Of a DNA stretch of 64,000 nucleotides, positions 51,243 through 63,096 are shown piece after piece. The notes under the pieces were generated by a model, which was given only the letters and a program-made list of their open reading frames with translations, ran no database searches and was not told the origin of the DNA. Positions within the stretch are counted from its first letter, which is position 1, and the number at the start of each line of letters is the position of its first letter. This DNA comes from Macrostomum hystrix (lineage: Eukaryota > Animalia > Platyhelminthes). The DNA lies in the NCBI GenBank assembly GCA_950097015.1, contig CATNEN010000008.1, positions 4,526,001 through 4,590,000 of the forward strand, given 5' to 3'. The translations under genes and the position numbers were made by a program.

Positions 51243-52079
51243 CTGAAAAGTATTTTTTTAGAATTTTTAATTGAAGCTGGGTGAGTTTTTGTGTCTAAAG
51301 ACTCTAAACACTGCCATAGCCTCCTAATACTATTTCCCTTTATCAGAAGAATATATAAGTTATATTTGTATAAATTACTTTCTACTTCTATGACAGTTAA
51401 CTTTACATTTAACTAGCTAACTGGCAGCTAGCTAAACTATAGGCAAATATTGATATATGTACTTTCATGTACTTGGCATATTTATAATTATAGATAATAA
51501 AGGATTGTTAATCTACTTACAGGCATAGCAACAGGTCCATTTAAACTGTTTCACTTACTACTTTACTTAAAAATAAAACATTTTGGCCTCTCATTTTAGC
51601 ATCTGAATCAATTATCAATTCCTTATTGATATGCCATAGGAACTTTGTCTTCAGACCTCAGTGACAAACATTTTTATTTAGTCTCATATTAGTGTAGATT
51701 TTGTGTAATTTATCAGGTTACTTATAAAGAGAAACCATTTTTGTGGTCTACTCAACTTTCTTGTTTGTTTATTAACATTAGCTTGAAATTGTAATTTAAT
51801 ATAAAATGTATAAACAGTATACAGCCTAATTTAATATTTCTTTAACATAATTTTATAGTTAGCTAAGCCAAGCTATGTTCTATGACTAGTCATGACTTGA
51901 CTAATGACTAATTAGGCCCTAGCGAAATAATAATAACACACTGTGGCAGCCAGACCAGCACGCTGCCGGCGCGGGCAGTGCACCTGCACTCAATCGGCCT
52001 GACTCACCCTGCCCGGGGGGTGGGTACACCCAGACGGCCAGCGCACTAAGCCGCAGGGTCTGGCACGGACTATACGCAC

Positions 52080-52088
52080 CTCCCCCAT
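52080..52088 (-). CDS. SMPD4: SMPD4-like putative first coding exon (MGE)
   Basis: ATG GGG GAG/gtgcgt in a GC-rich patch; phase 0 fits; total model 2520 nt (839 aa). Confidence 0.45.
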
Positions 52089-53712
52089 GCCTCTCTGTCG
52101 CGCAGTATTTATATGCGATTGTGGAAAATAAAAGTTGACCTTCTCTTGCGCCATTTCATTTTGCGAGTCGCTAAAACACCATTTTAGCAGGTCTATCTGA
52201 ACTGAATATTATTCGAGAAATAGTACCTGTTTTATTCTGCCTGTAACTAAATTAATATTAGTTAACTTGTATTAAAATAGTACTATACAATTGACACATA
52301 ATAATAATAATATAACATAAATATAGCAAGTTCTGACATACAAATTAGCTTTTAATATAATAATCAATAGCCATTGTGGTGTGGAGGCTGGAGGCATCTG
52401 GAGCTACTGGCACTGCTCATTAGAAAGTGATGTTTTAGAAATTAATCGTTTTAAATGTATTGTTTTTGTCTCATAATTATAAGTATATAAGTAGGCCTAG
52501 AGATGTGCTCAAACTAAAAAGTGCTTATGGGTGAGAGGGTTGCAACCTTAAACCTGTAACACAAATAATGTAGCACAAGTGTAATTCGTAATTTAAGTTA
52601 ACGAATTGACACATTAGTAGTAAAGGCAACTAACATTTTTTATGCAAAGTACGAGCAACAAAACAGTTTTTGTACATAAGGTACGGGCACTCGTGTCGGG
52701 CCCAAATTTCACGCCGTCACCTTACGCAACATTAACTTGTAACACGATGAACAAGCAATTTATACATGAAAATTGTAAACAAATTTGAATTCGTGCGTCA
52801 ACAAGAAATATTATGCGGTCGTACTAGCTTTCGTATTTTTGTTCTTAGCTCCTATCTCAGCAGTGTCAATTTAAGTCTCTGAATTTAAGCTTACTTAAAG
52901 ATACCCAAGCTTTATAGTTTGGCACCGAGATTTCCTACATCTTACCTTTGAGAAAATGCACGATATGACTGACTATACTCATAATTTTACTGGAACATAC
53001 AAATAAAGCCAGTTTTTGTGCACTAGCAATGGTTTTAAGCCTTCCTTATGAATCTATCTACAACTGCATCTGTATCTTGAGCTTTGGTTTCGAAATGGAA
53101 ATTAGATTTTAGGATTCTCTATGAAAAATATTCGAAAAACAAGTTATTTACTGATTTGCGCTATTTAATACATGTGTTTACATAAAAAAGGCGCGAGGCT
53201 AGTTAGTTACATAACGCAACATGTTATGTTACTATACCGCCATCATTCGGATGAAAGTAAGTAAACCCAAACAAGTTTCTGCTTCAACACTAAGTCAAAC
53301 TTTTAATTAAAACTCCCGCAGTCTTAAGTAAACCTGGATGATTTCGGTGATCCGGTATATACAGGTTAGTTTTATTAAACAACAGAATGTTATGTTTTTA
53401 ACAGTGCATACTTATGATACTGATAATGATACATGCAAGATTGCCACATGTATAACATAACCCAATACTGCCACTGCAGATAAACTTTAAACTGAGGATT
53501 TTAAGTCTGTAGAAAATATGGTCTGTAGAAAAAAACCTGTAGCAAAGCTAAATGTAAATGTCTACTATTCAAATTAAAAACGCTTTATTTTAAATTTTGT
53601 CTATGGGTAGATTTGCACTGCACCATTTTTTGCAGCAAACCAAGAAGCAACATTACGTGATTTGAAAGTATGTCCCTGGAAAGCAAAGCAAAGAGAAAAA
53701 AGCAAATTAAAA

Positions 53713-54270
53713 ATGCATCAGCATATTCGACAACCCCACAATACACAAGTTGGCTGCAGTGAGAATCAACGCCAACAGGCAGTACAGGTAGCAACAGCCG
53801 TGGTTCTGCAGCCAGCCGTCAGCTCTGACCAGCAAAGCTTACCAGCCATCGTTGGCTGGCCTGTCAGCTTGTCTGTCAGCTACTGCACTGCCTTCGTACT
53901 GTACTCTCTAGCCTGTCTAAGCCTCCTGCTGCTGCTGATGTTGCCGGCCACCAGTACCCTGACAACACATCCACAGGGCAGGAATCTACTGCTAGCAGCC
54001 ATGGTACTAATAGGCATGATTTTCATATTTTGCATCTCCTGTCACTACTGCTCCGGCCTCTGCTGCCAGCAGAACTTGGCAAGGCAGTTTGCGCCTCTGC
54101 AGCCTGCTTCTGCAGTTGCTGACGACTGTCCGATGTCAACAACTATAGCCGCTAGGAGCAGTTGCTACTCGGAGTCCGCCGAAGCGATGGACAGGCTGGC
54201 CTATTATCGGATAGGACTGACAGAGGAAACGAATCAGTATAGAGAAGATTTTGTTACAGTACAGCGTTAG
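53713..54270 (+). CDS. Putative single-exon orphan membrane protein with two predicted TM segments (185 aa)
   Basis: GC-enriched ORF in AT-rich DNA; hydrophobic stretches TAFVLYSLACLSLLLLLML and LLLAAMVLIGMIFIFCISC, then a Cys cluster. Confidence 0.55.
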   Translation: MHQHIRQPHNTQVGCSENQRQQAVQVATAVVLQPAVSSDQQSLPAIVGWPVSLSVSYCTAFVLYSLACLSLLLLLMLPATSTLTTHPQGRNLLLAAMVLIGMIFIFCISCHYCSGLCCQQNLARQFAPLQPASAVADDCPMSTTIAARSSCYSESAEAMDRLAYYRIGLTEETNQYREDFVTVQR

Positions 54271-54299
54271 AAAATACCGTAAATTTAGCTTTCAGTTTT

Positions 54300-54537
54300 G
54301 CTGTTTTGCTTCATATCAATGCCCATAACAATGACAGGTACGTATGTCTCTAGTTGGAAATTATCCCACTTTCATATCGTCAAGCGGTTCCTGCCCACAC
54401 CCACCCTCAATTACCCCAGTTGATGCTGGTGCCCATTTAACAGCCGGGTGAACTGAAGCAACGCAGAGTTTCGTGTCTTGCTCGAGTCAGGAATCGAACC
54501 CCTGACCTTGAAGTTGTAACTAACCTCTGGGCTACCA
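54300..54537 (-). mobile_element. tRNA-derived, CORE-like SINE (family B related)
   Basis: Minus strand GGTTCGATTCC B box followed by GAGCAAGACAC...TTCACCCGGCTGTTAAATGGGCACCAG, resembling the CORE-domain consensus as recalled. Confidence 0.5.
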
Positions 54538-55091
54538 ATGCTTCATAATAAAAATATTCTATTGCTTCGTTTTATTAACAGCGCAAAAAAGGAAAATTGT
54601 AAAAACATCAATCCAATTCACAGTCAAATAGATCAGATAGATTTAAATCAAATAGTGCACTTCAGTGAATATATATATATTATGTGATTGTTGTTTTGCA
54701 TTGCAAAAGAAAGAGGCAATTTTTTTAAACAAACAAATAAAATCAACTCGACGAAAGATGTGTTTGTTTTGATTTGAAAATAATCAAAAAGGGGATTAGG
54801 CAGCAGATGGAGATTGATGGTGCTCATTGTGCCAGTGCAGTCACATTGTACAGTGCCGGAACAATAGTGCAACTAATGAAAACTAATCTCCAAAACCTTC
54901 TGCACTGATCCCCTTTTTAATGAGACGCCGAAAAAAGGCAAATTTTCTAAGAAAAGAAAAACCAACAATCAGATGAAGAAAAAGTAACTCCTATTACCAT
55001 AGACTTTTTATGGAGCAGTACCACTTGCGAAATTGATTTGAAACTGGAAATAGGGCCAATCTTACGATCACAATGTCCCAATGCCTCATCA

Positions 55092-55828
55092 GCTCTTGCT
55101 GCGATTCTGACTAGGGATCTTGCTGCGATTCTGACTAAGGCTCTTGCTGCGATTCTGATTAAGGCTCTTGCTGCGATTCTGACTAAGGCTCTTGCTGTGA
55201 TTCTGACTAAGGCTCTTGCTGCGATTCTGACTAGGGATCTTGCTGCGATTCTGACTAAGGCTCTTGCTGCGATTCTGACTAGGGATCTTGCTGCGATTCT
55301 GACTAAGGCTCTTGCTGCGATTCTGACTAGGGATCTTGCTGCGATTCTGACTAGGGATCTTGCTGCGATTCTGACTAAGGCTCTTGCTGCGATTCTGACT
55401 AAGGCTCTTGCTGCGATTCTGACTAAGGCTCTTGCTGCGACTCTGACTAAGGCTCTTGCTGCGATTCTGACTAAGGCTCTTGCTGCGATTCTGACTAGGG
55501 CTCTTGCTGCGATTCTGACTAAGGCTCTTGCTGCGATTCTGACTAAGGCTCTTGCTGCGATTCTGACTAGGGCTCTTGCTGCGATTCTGACTAAGGCTCT
55601 TGCTGCGATTCCGACTAAGGCTCTTGCTGCGATTCTGACTAGGGCTCTTGCTGCGATTCTGACTAAGGCTCTTGCTGCGATTCTGACTAGGGCTCTTGCT
55701 GCGATTCTGATTAAGGCTCTTGCTGCGATTCCGACTAAGGCTCTTGCTGCGATTCTGACTAGGGCTCTTGCTGCGATTCTGACTAAGGCTCCTTGCTGCG
55801 ATTCTGACTAAGGCTCCCGCTGCGATTC
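55092..55828. repeat. 24-bp minisatellite GCTCTTGCTGCGATTCTGACTAAG
   Basis: Direct reading. Confidence 0.97.
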
Positions 55829-56481
55829 TTGGTGGTATTGAACTGTCAGATTCTTAATAATAGCAGTATAAAACAGCAATATTTATTTATAAGATATGCG
55901 ATAAAAACATCCAAAACCCGATAGAAAAGTAATAATAGAATAACAGTAAAACACGCCAAACAGTGTAAGCCAGGTGCGGCATTGCAAATGAATCGATTGT
56001 GAATTTTAATCGAGATGAAAACATTGTGGCTTAATAGTTAATTGTTAAGTCATTTTTGGAATGTCAGCCTGTTAGTTTGAATAAATAAAAGGAGAAGTTA
56101 ATTATCCAATTAAATACTCATAGTAATATAAGAGCTCATCTATGTAAAAAGCAATATTTACTGAAAACGCATTTAGTTTAGGCATAATAGACAAAATTAT
56201 AAAACAGAAGAATTCACTTAAAAACGAATGCTACAGTTAATTGATATGCCGTCTGACGCTAAAACCGACACAGAAAGAGTATTTGCTTAACAAAACAATT
56301 TAATACAGAAACTGAAGCAAAGAGTGGCTGAAATACTAAAAAAACTAAAATTTCGCAAATGTTTTATAGTATTGCACAAACACAAGGTAACCAAGTAAAT
56401 CAAATCTGATTGTCTCATAGATTAGCATCAAAAGAGGTTTCTAGTGATTTTAGCGCATAATATACGAATAATTGAACAATA

Positions 56482-57042
56482 TCAACAGTTCGAGTCTGTT
56501 CCGTAGACACGATTGACAAGGAAATACCGTCGCTCGGTTAGCAAGCTGGGGCTACTTGATGCCACAGGCTGCTGCTGCTGCTGCTGTTGCTGTTGCTGCT
56601 CATTCTCCTGCTCTTGTCGCTGCTGCTGCTGCCGCCGCTGCTGCTGCTGCTGTTGCTGATCATTCTCCTGCTCTTGTCGCTGCTGCTGCTGCTGCTGCTG
56701 TTGCAGTGCTGGTGGCAGACTGTAACAACTATGTACCAGCGGTCGTTCCAGTAGCACCAGCGATGTCGCAGCGATCTGACTGTCCGGCTCGGTTTCATCA
56801 TCAACATCGTCGGCGAAGTCAGCGTCTCCGTCGAGCGTGTCGTCCGCGTCGCCAGTTGACGAGGACATGAACCAGCGCGTCCGCATGGCCAGCTGCTGCA
56901 GCTGGCGCCGTTTCACCGAGTTGAAGCGGCCGGAAGGCGTTCGTTGGTGCCAGGCAGATTGGGGATAAGAGGCATCGAAATCTACGTATAGCTGCTGCTG
57001 TTGCTGCTGCTGTTGCTGATCTTGATGTTGGCCTTCGCTTGC
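56482..57042 (-). CDS. Unidentified gene, last exon (polyQ and acidic, disordered)
   Basis: Acceptor cattctcaag, phase 0, 187 codons open to TGA; GC-rich. Confidence 0.55.
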   Translation of the reverse strand, partial: ASEGQHQDQQQQQQQQQLYVDFDASYPQSAWHQRTPSGRFNSVKRRQLQQLAMRTRWFMSSSTGDADDTLDGDADFADDVDDETEPDSQIAATSLVLLERPLVHSCYSLPPALQQQQQQQQRQEQENDQQQQQQQRRQQQQRQEQENEQQQQQQQQQQPVASSSPSLLTERRYFLVNRVYGTDSNC

Positions 57043-57094
57043 CTTGAGAATGAGGAAAGGTTAATAAGGTTTCTCAATTAGAAGAGGTAGCTCG

Positions 57095-58890
57095 CGGAGT
57101 GAAGTAGATGGCGGAGTGAGGTGGTTGGCGGAGTGAGGTGGTTGGCGGAGTGAGGTTGCTGGCGGAGTGAGGTTACTGGCAGAGTGAGGTTGATGGCGGA
57201 GTGAGGTGGTTGGCGGAGTGAGGTTACTGGCGGAGTGAGGTTACTGGCGGAGTGAGGTGGCTTGCGGAGTAAAGTTATTTGCAGAGTTACGTGGCTAGCT
57301 TTCTTTAATTTGTTTTATTTGATTTTTATTCCGAATTCTCCTTATCATTTTCTTATTTAGATTAATAGACAATGAAAGCTGGCCATGGTGGCTAAATCAA
57401 AGTTTTCATTCATGTTAAGATTAAAAATACCAATTGTTAGAACAAGTGAAGATAACTACCTGGTATAACTCGTATTTTTGTGGCAATGTGTTAGTCGAAA
57501 AGCGAAGATAAGTATTTGAAATTTAATATTGATTAGTTTAAGTACTGAAATTTGTCAATAAAAATGGTAATTTTGTTAATACTCGTAAAATACAACAAAT
57601 CGGCAGGTCAGTAAAAGTTTTCGATGCTATTAAAAATCAAGTTAAAGTTTGGATTGCCTGATTCGAGAATGAGAAAAGTAAGTTAATAAATTTTAAATAA
57701 AATAGATAGCTCGCGGAGTAAGGTGGCCGGCGAGTGAGGTGGCTGGTGGAGTGAGGTTGCTGGCGAAATGAAGTGGTAGGCGGGGTGAAGTGGATAGCGG
57801 AGTGAAGTGGCCGGCGAGTGAGGTGGCTGGCGAAATGAAGTGGTAGGCGGGGTGAAGTGGCTAGCGGAGTGAAGTGGCCGGCGAGTGAGGTGGCTGGTGG
57901 AGTGAGGTGGCTGGCGAAATGAAGTGGTAGGCGGGGTGAAGTGGATAGCGGAGTGAAGTGGCCGGCGAGTGAGGTGGCTGGCGAAATGAAGTGGTAGGCG
58001 GGGTGAAGTGGCTAGCGGAGTGAAGTGGCCGGCGAGTGAGGTGGCTGGTGGGGTGAGGTGGCTGGTGGAGTGAAGTGGCTGGTGGAGTGAATTGGCTGGC
58101 GGAGTGAATTTGCTGGCGAAGTGAATTTGCTGGCGGAGTGACCTGGTTCGAGGCAGTTAATCGATGCTTTTAATCGAAAGTAAAAAATCTTGACAAAATA
58201 TAATGTATCTAGGCTGTTAAAATGATTGTTAAATAGTTTCTTTAGTTATTAAAGTGCAAGAATTTTTAGCACTGCCAATCTTGATGTGACAACATCAAGT
58301 AAAGCGGGTTCGGGCTCCTTTGCCTCTTGGTATAAGCGAGAATAACAAACCGAGTAGCAGCAGCGGGGCTGATGCTGCCGCTGAGTGTGCCCTCCGTCTG
58401 CGCCATCATCACCATCATCTTTATCTGCCGCAACTGGCGGCACTGACAAGCACTGAAGTAAGTTAGAGTGTGTCAAGTACGAGTAATTAACCGATATGCA
58501 TTGAAAAAGGTGGCAGCCATCGATCGCTGTAAATACGATTTGCATGCAAGACTACTGGATTTCCTGCATGCAGATTTGCACTCTAAAACAACTGCTAACT
58601 AAAACTACAAGTTAACGAGTAAATTTAAGTGAATAGCGGATTCACTTCACCTAGGTAGATAGGGTGCGTAGTGAGGTAGACTTTGCAGTGGTGTGGATTA
58701 CGGAGTGAGGTGGGCAGCGGAGTGAGGTGGGCAGCGGAGTGAGGTGGGCAGCGGTGTGAGGTGTGCTGCGTAGTGAGGTGGGCAGCGAAGTGAGGTGGGC
58801 AGCGGAGTGAGGTGGGCAGCGGAGTGAGGTGGGCAGCGGAGTGAGGTGGGCAGCGGAGTGAGGTGTGCTGCTTAGTGAGGTAGGCAGCGG
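57095..58890. repeat. Three blocks (57095-57290, 57710-58140, 58670-58890) of GGCGGAGTGAGGTGG-type minisatellite
   Basis: Direct reading. Confidence 0.88.
58351..58442 (-). CDS. Possible 92-nt cassette exon of the unidentified gene
   Basis: GC-rich, cttgtcag acceptor and gtttgt donor; length not a multiple of 3. Confidence 0.35.
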
Positions 58891-59088
58891 AGTGAGGGTG
58901 AAGTTTCAGGCTCCAGATAAAATAATATGAAGTTAACTTTTCTAACTATTCCTAGAAACAATATTGTAACACATGGCACGCAAGCTGATGAAAATAAAAA
59001 CGAATGAATCGTATAATTGCCACCTAAACAAAGGGAAAAATAAAAAAACACATTAAACAATACTGTTCAAATTAAAAAAATTCCTCAC

Positions 59089-59402
59089 TCGTCTAAGCCC
59101 AACCGGCGGTAGGGTGGAAATCGAAGGGGGCGATGGAGCCAACGCGAGCTGCCGCTCCAGCTGGTCCTGCTCTTGCTGCTTCTGGGGCAGCGGAGACTGC
59201 GGCGGTCGCGGCCGTTGAAATCCGGTAATGTCCGACTGCATGCTGTAGACAGACAAGGAGTCAATGCCGCGCCCGACTCTGCCAGCGCCGCCGCCGCCAG
59301 TGCCGCTGAACGTATTATTGGCGTTAGCTGCTTGTTCGCTGTTTAACAAAGGTGCCCCAGGCTGCAGCGAGGCGTACTCGGTGATAAGGGTTGGCGTCAC
59401 GT
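59089..59402 (-). CDS. Unidentified gene, internal exon (DVTPTLITEYASLQPG...DSLSVYSMQSD...)
   Basis: cccag acceptor phase 1, gtgagg donor phase 0; GC-rich. Confidence 0.6.
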
Positions 59403-59841
59403 CTGGGATGTTTGAGACGGGTCATCAGTTAGTGCACACAAAGAAGTATTGCGCTTTTATTGATGCTATAAGATTGTGATTGTATTTTTAGAAACTAGTT
59501 TTACATGACGTCACACAAATACATGCTTTTCTTTTTTGGCATAATAAAACACAGAATGTTTTATTTGTATAAACAATATAAACAAGCTTCTTTTTTAGTA
59601 GATTAGAAAGTGACTCTAAAAAACAAACATTACGCAACAATCTATTTTTAGAAACAAAGAATGACAAATGATGCTATTCTTAGACATGTTTGTAGATTAC
59701 GCAATATTCTATTTTTAGAAACCAATAATGACATAACCCAGATTTTTTCTCATATGAACAACTCATTAGACGATGCGACAAATGCCAATCGAAATTTAAG
59801 AATCGGAATTTGAGTTCTATCAGAATTAACAAAACACTCAC

Positions 59842-59910
59842 CCATTGCCGTGCCGCGATAGTTTTCAACGCCGTCTCGCATCACAGTCCTGTACTGAGCC
59901 TCCGTGATCG
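59842..59910 (-). CDS. Unidentified gene, internal exon (ITEAQYRTVMRDGVENYRGTAM)
   Basis: ttcttag acceptor, gtgagt donor, phase 1-1, compatible with the next exon. Confidence 0.6.
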
Positions 59911-61094
59911 CTAAGAAGAAATTGATAAACGTGAAGGAAACTGTTAGTCGCGGACAGAATACACGCAAACAGACAAGCATAATAAAAATTCTGCAAAATT
60001 TGTAAACCGGTGTTTGCACAGATTCAAGTTCGCACCTCAAATTAAAAAGGAAAAACAATAGTGACTAAAATGGAACACTAAAAAGAGCAAACACAAGCTT
60101 ACACTAAAGCTACAGAGTCTGGTATAAAACTTCGCATTTGTTGTAAATTAATATTATGAAAATGGCACCAAAAGAAAAGAAATAGGAGAATAGTATAGAG
60201 GAAAGTACAATACTAAAACTGGGTACCGGGTGAATTGCGATATCCTTTGTACAGGTGCGAGTAACACTCCGGTTGTGTTCGTTGGTGCTTTAAGGAAATT
60301 GTATTTTTGCACAAGTCAATTTTTCCAAATAAACTACGAATTCAGTGCAAAACGGCATCGCTTTAAAAATATTTTTGCTTGATCCTCGCTATTAAATAAT
60401 CAAATAAATTTAACAAAAATACCTGAAAAACTGTTTACACTACTAGCTGAACTACCTCAGTAGTCATCTAAAGACACAACAAATATTTTTCTAGATAAAA
60501 TAGAAATAAACGGTACTGGACAGCGAATCGGCTTGTAAACTTCTTTCTAATATCTAACCGACAAGAAGACAAAGGGCAGTAAACTGTAAGTAGTGTAATA
60601 TTTAGCTGACAACACCACCAGCAGTCACCGTAGTTTTAAAATTTACCGTCGTCCATAACGCAAAAGCCGCGTTTTTTAGATTCGGCAGCTAAAATCTCGG
60701 CAAATTGGCGCATCGCTCGTTCGCCTTTTTTTAAAACACAAAATAATATTTTAATTGTTGGTTCGTTAATTTAGAGTTGCATTTCAATGTTGATCTATCG
60801 ACCCTGATCTGTGTTTATAGGTTTCAACTGCACAAACTGAAAACTTGTTTATTCTAAAGTCGGTGTCCCATAATTGGGTCTATAAAATTCGACGGAAATA
60901 TTTGCAATTGGGGCAAATTTGTTTCTTTAAAGGAATAAGCGACGGTCTAAAGAAACTAGTGCAGACAAGCAAGCAGTTAAATTTGCACGTGCAGAGATGC
61001 AATTGCACGCTCTCGGCTGTGCTATAAACCAAAGCTTCAGCTTTCTAGATCGCTGTTAGAGTTAAATGTGTTACAGTTAGATTAGGAAGGAAAA

Positions 61095-61440
61095 AGGCAG
61101 GAGAGAGGAGGGGAGAGGGGAGAGGACAGAAGCAGGGGAGAAGAGATGGAAGAATTGAGGGAGAGAGAGTGAGAAGAAAAACAGGGGAAATTAGAGGGAA
61201 GGTCAGAAGGGAAAGAGAGGGAAGGCGAGGGGAGACGGGAGGGGAGAGACGGGAGGGGAGAGGGGAGGAGAGAGAGGAGGAGTGAGGGGAGGAGAGACAG
61301 GAGGAGAGAGGGGAGGAGAGAGGGTAGTAGAGAGGGGAGAAGAGAGGGGAGAAGAGAGGGGAGAAGAGAGGAAAGGAGAGGAGAGTAGAGAGGCGAGAAG
61401 AGAAGAGAGGAGAGAAGAGAGAGGGGAGAAGAGAGATAGA
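61095..61440. repeat. GA-rich low-complexity tract
   Basis: Direct reading. Confidence 0.85.
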
Positions 61441-61879
61441 ATAGGAGTTGTGTTAGTCACGGAAGAGTCATAAATCAGAACCTATACAAGGCTACAACAT
61501 GAGCAATCATCAGAGAAGTTGTCGGCATTCAGTCTCTTTCGCATTGAAGACACTGAGGTCAGGAAAATCGCGAGAGTGAAATTTGACACACAATTGAAAA
61601 GCCTATGTATGCTAGGGGAGGATAGGCGAGATAAGCGATCGATTTGAAAGACACATTCGCGATATGGGCCGGCTTAATTAGGACGTCACGTGTACTCCCT
61701 CCGGGGGTGGGGGGGGGTAACAGAAACTCGGGGACACGTCAAGGAGGGTCAATAGGCGATACGAATGCTGCTGCATGCACTATTAGCGACTGGGAAAACT
61801 AAATTGGGGACTATAAGGAACATTGACGAAGGCAGGGATAAAATCCCAGGGTGGGGCAAGCGCGAAAGTGAGGAAGAAG

Positions 61880-62285
61880 AGAAAGAGAGGGGCAGGTAGT
61901 GGGTGAGAAGGAGAGGGGCAGGTAGTGGGTGAGAAGGAAAGGGGCAGGTAGTGGGTGAGAAGGAGAGGGGCAGGTAGTGGGTGAGAAGCAGAGGGGCAGG
62001 TAGTGGGTGAGAAGGAGAGGGGCAGGTAGTGGGTGAGAAAGAGAGGGGCAGATAGTGGGTGAGAAAGAGTGGGGGAGATAGTGGGTGAGAAAGAGTAGGG
62101 GAGATAGTGGGTGAGAAAGAGAGGGGCAGTTAGTGGGTGAGAAAGAGAGGGGAAGATAGTGGGTGAGAAAGAGAGGGGCAGGTAGTGGGTGAGAAAGAGA
62201 GGGGCAGATAGTGGGTGAGAAAGAGAGGGGCAGATAGTGGGTGAGAAATAGAGGGGAAGATAGTGGGTGAGAAAGAGAGGGGAGT
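61880..62285. repeat. 26-bp minisatellite GAGAGGGGCAGGTAGTGGGTGAGAA(A/G)
   Basis: Direct reading. Confidence 0.94.
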
Positions 62286-62694
62286 TGAGAGTTGAGAGTT
62301 GCCGGCACAGATCTAATCTGATCTGATCAAATGAGGCTGTGTTGTCATCATCAGCGGCTGAGGCAGCACAATTTGATGGAATCCAAATCAAATTAGTTGG
62401 CATTTTGTGAACTTTTCAATGTCGTCAAGACGAAATCTAATTTTTTTATCAAAGAAAAATTTCTTCTGAACTTAATTTGGGTCCCTAAAAATCAAGGACA
62501 TCATGAAATATATACTAAGGCTTGACTGAGTAAAAGCTACTGTAACTGAAGCCACATTTTCAAGAATGCGTATTGAGACAAAATGGAGAATTTATTTACT
62601 TTTGCCAGCAAAAATATTCCAACAGAAAGGGAGATAGAGGAAAATGAAGGGGGTAGAAGACGATTGGAAGTACGATATGGGAAACGAAGGAGGG

Positions 62695-62850
62695 GAGATG
62701 AACGAGGGAGAGAAAGTAGGGGAAATGACGTAGGGGAGATGACGGAGGGGAAATGACGTAGGGGAGATGACGGAGGGGAGATGACGGAGGGGAAATGACG
62801 TAGGGGAGATGACGGAGGGGAAATTACGGAGGAGAGATCACGGAGGGGGA
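62695..62850. repeat. 15-bp repeat GGGGGAGATGACGGA
   Basis: Direct reading. Confidence 0.85.
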
Positions 62851-62915
62851 GATCAGATTAAAAAAAACTTAAAATAGATCGACAGCTTGATCAGAAGGAA
62901 GACAGCAAGCAACAT

Positions 62916-63094
<179 letters not shown>

Positions 63095-63096
<2 letters not shown>

